A DNA stretch of 34,889 bases from positions 1 to 34,889 of IMG/VR virus record IMGVR_UViG_3300010048_000026. One strand, 5' to 3'. Source of the DNA: a virus (Duplodnaviria > Caudoviricetes). The notes below the pieces were generated by a model. The model searched no databases and was not told the origin of the DNA. It saw only the letters and a program-made list of their open reading frames with translations. Each line of letters opens with the position of its first letter. Position 1 is the stretch's first letter. Both the position numbers and the translations under genes were made by a program. Below are positions 33,780-34,889 of this stretch, in pieces.

Positions 33780-33926
33780 CCGGCGACCTGACTGACATAC
33801 AGATCGGCGCTAGGCGTAAGTGCTTGCCGTCTAACGCAATGCCGATAGGTTCCCGCCGATTAGTCGTCGGTTAGTCGTTAGACGTGGCCTCTTACGCTCG
33901 CCAGCGTGTCGGTTCCCGGTCGCCGG
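33780..33926 (+). ncRNA. long interrupted hairpin, candidate structured RNA or DNA cruciform
   Basis: Nested pairings 33780-88/33918-26, 33791-98/33906-13 (G-U on the plus strand), 33814-20/33891-97 and 33828-36/33876-84. Confidence 0.45.
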
Positions 33927-33936
33927 AGAGCTGGGA

Positions 33937-33965
33937 TTGACTGTCGGAAGCGGCGGAACTATGGG
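33937..33965 (+). promoter_or_regulatory. sigma70-like promoter giving a near-leaderless transcript
   Basis: TTGACT-N17-TATGGG ending 8 nt before ATG 33974. Confidence 0.4.
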
Positions 33966-33973
33966 GTAAGCCT

Positions 33974-34432
33974 ATGACGGCAAAACGGAAGCCGCGCACC
34001 GGCAAATCTGCCCGCCATCTCGCCGCGTACCGTCGAGGTATCGTATCGGGTCCGATACGGAGGGCGATAGAGGCGACGGTGGTTCCGCGACTTGATCGTG
34101 CTTGGCGATGGGGATGTCCGTCTATAGCAGAGACGGTTGTGAGGTTAGGGAACGGGCGCGCGTCGCAAGTATTGATGCGGCACTGGGCGAACGGCACGCG
34201 GCGCGCTCCGGCTTGGTTCATTGCTGTGCTGGACGGCGAGCTAGCGCGACAGATCAGTGAGCGGCAGGCGATCCGGGAACAGCTAGCGCGGTATGAGACG
34301 GGCGACCGGCGGCGTTCGCCGGAAGCAAGGGCACGCGGGCGAGCGGAAATGATGCGCCGTCGCGGCCGCATTAGAGCGCCAGAGAGCGGCGCAACGTCTG
34401 ACCCTATCTCCGGTGCCCCGGAAGCGAAATAA
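33974..34432 (+). CDS. putative HTH-like transcriptional regulator
   Basis: ETVVRLGNGRASQVLMRHWANGTRRAPAWFIAVL resembles an XRE-type HTH ending in W-x2-G-x-R-x2-P, followed by a coiled coil and Arg-rich tail. Confidence 0.5.
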   Translation: MTAKRKPRTGKSARHLAAYRRGIVSGPIRRAIEATVVPRLDRAWRWGCPSIAETVVRLGNGRASQVLMRHWANGTRRAPAWFIAVLDGELARQISERQAIREQLARYETGDRRRSPEARARGRAEMMRRRGRIRAPESGATSDPISGAPEAK

Positions 34433-34655
34433 CGCACGGGCGGCGCTACGGCGGCAAAGGCGGCGGCAAAAAACGACCCCCACAATTGACCGCTGATGCG
34501 TTATTCGGACCCGCCCGCTACCTACATACCCGAAAATCAAACGCCTACCGTAGGCCATCTAATACGGGATAGGCTATATTCGCATGTGTTTGATCTTGTT
34601 GCGTATTCTCTGCGCGCTTTGCGGCGATGCGTTTCCATGCCGTCCCTAATAAGCT

Positions 34656-34676
34656 TGTTAGATCAATAAGCTAACA
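34656..34676. promoter_or_regulatory. palindromic operator 2, TGTTAG-N9-CTAACA
   Basis: Same half-sites and spacing as 33623-33643; overlaps an AATAAGCT direct repeat. Confidence 0.5.
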
Positions 34677-34889
34677 CACTATTGCCTGCCCTATTGACAG
34701 GCTGCACTCTCAAACCCTCTCGGGTTGGTCCGGGAGCGGGGAGAGCATATCGCCAAATCGCACGGGTCACGCCCAAGGGACTAGGGTTCCACCGATCCAG
34801 CGCACCGCAGGGTCAGGCGATAAGGGTAACAGCCCGCGCCGCGCCTCACATGTGCCTGTAACCGGCCCAGTAAGCCGCTTTGAAAGTCA

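Noticed and set aside
33685-33783. Resemblance to an HDV-like ribozyme (P1-like GTGCCCCC/GGGGGCGC, CACGTCGCA as in CPEB3, then GG and a P4-like stem)
   Set aside because: No P2 pairing in the right register, the L3 loop is the wrong length, and J4/2 reads CTAC instead of C-N-R-A.
33788-33797. CTGACTGA as a possible hammerhead core
   Set aside because: Does not match CUGANGA, and there is no correctly placed GAAA with flanking stems.
33892-34558. Minus-strand ORFs 33892..34485 and 34283..34558
   Set aside because: They overlap the better-supported plus-strand HTH-like gene, which has a promoter candidate, and show no recognisable motifs.
34694-34722. Perfect TTGACA at 34694 (plus strand); another at 31592-31597 (minus strand)
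   Set aside because: Neither has a credible -10 box at 16-18 bp spacing.
1-34889. CRISPR array, tRNA, rRNA, reverse transcriptase/DGR, endolysin
   Set aside because: None recognised by eye: no spaced direct repeats, cloverleaf, RT motifs or lysin motifs.

Overview
About 35 kb of a tailed dsDNA phage or prophage genome with a podovirus-type (P22/T7-like) gene order. It is GC-rich, and the host is probably alphaproteobacterial (inferred). Almost all genes lie on the minus strand. Reading right to left: a divergent control region with two sigma70-like promoters, paired palindromic operators, a long RNA-like hairpin and an HTH-like gene; an ~8 kb glycan-building cluster (three SAM methyltransferases, STELLO/GT75-like and GT2-like glycosyltransferases, a DUF6165-like protein, an NDP-sugar epimerase and a TPR-GT9-like transferase); a KTSC protein and small genes; an ADP-ribosyltransferase-domain protein; the terminase large subunit; a Zn-ribbon protein; the portal; an opposite-strand HTH insert; scaffold and major capsid protein; a Thr/Gly-rich decoration protein; two paralogous head-tail adaptors; a GNAT-like protein; a tail nozzle; three ejection proteins; a holin-like gene; and a truncated Thr-rich fibre-like gene. 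The best candidate for a new system is a phage-encoded protein-glycosylation and O-methylation pathway next to virion genes that share an inserted Thr/Ser-rich beta-repeat module. All family calls come from motif recognition by eye, not database searches.
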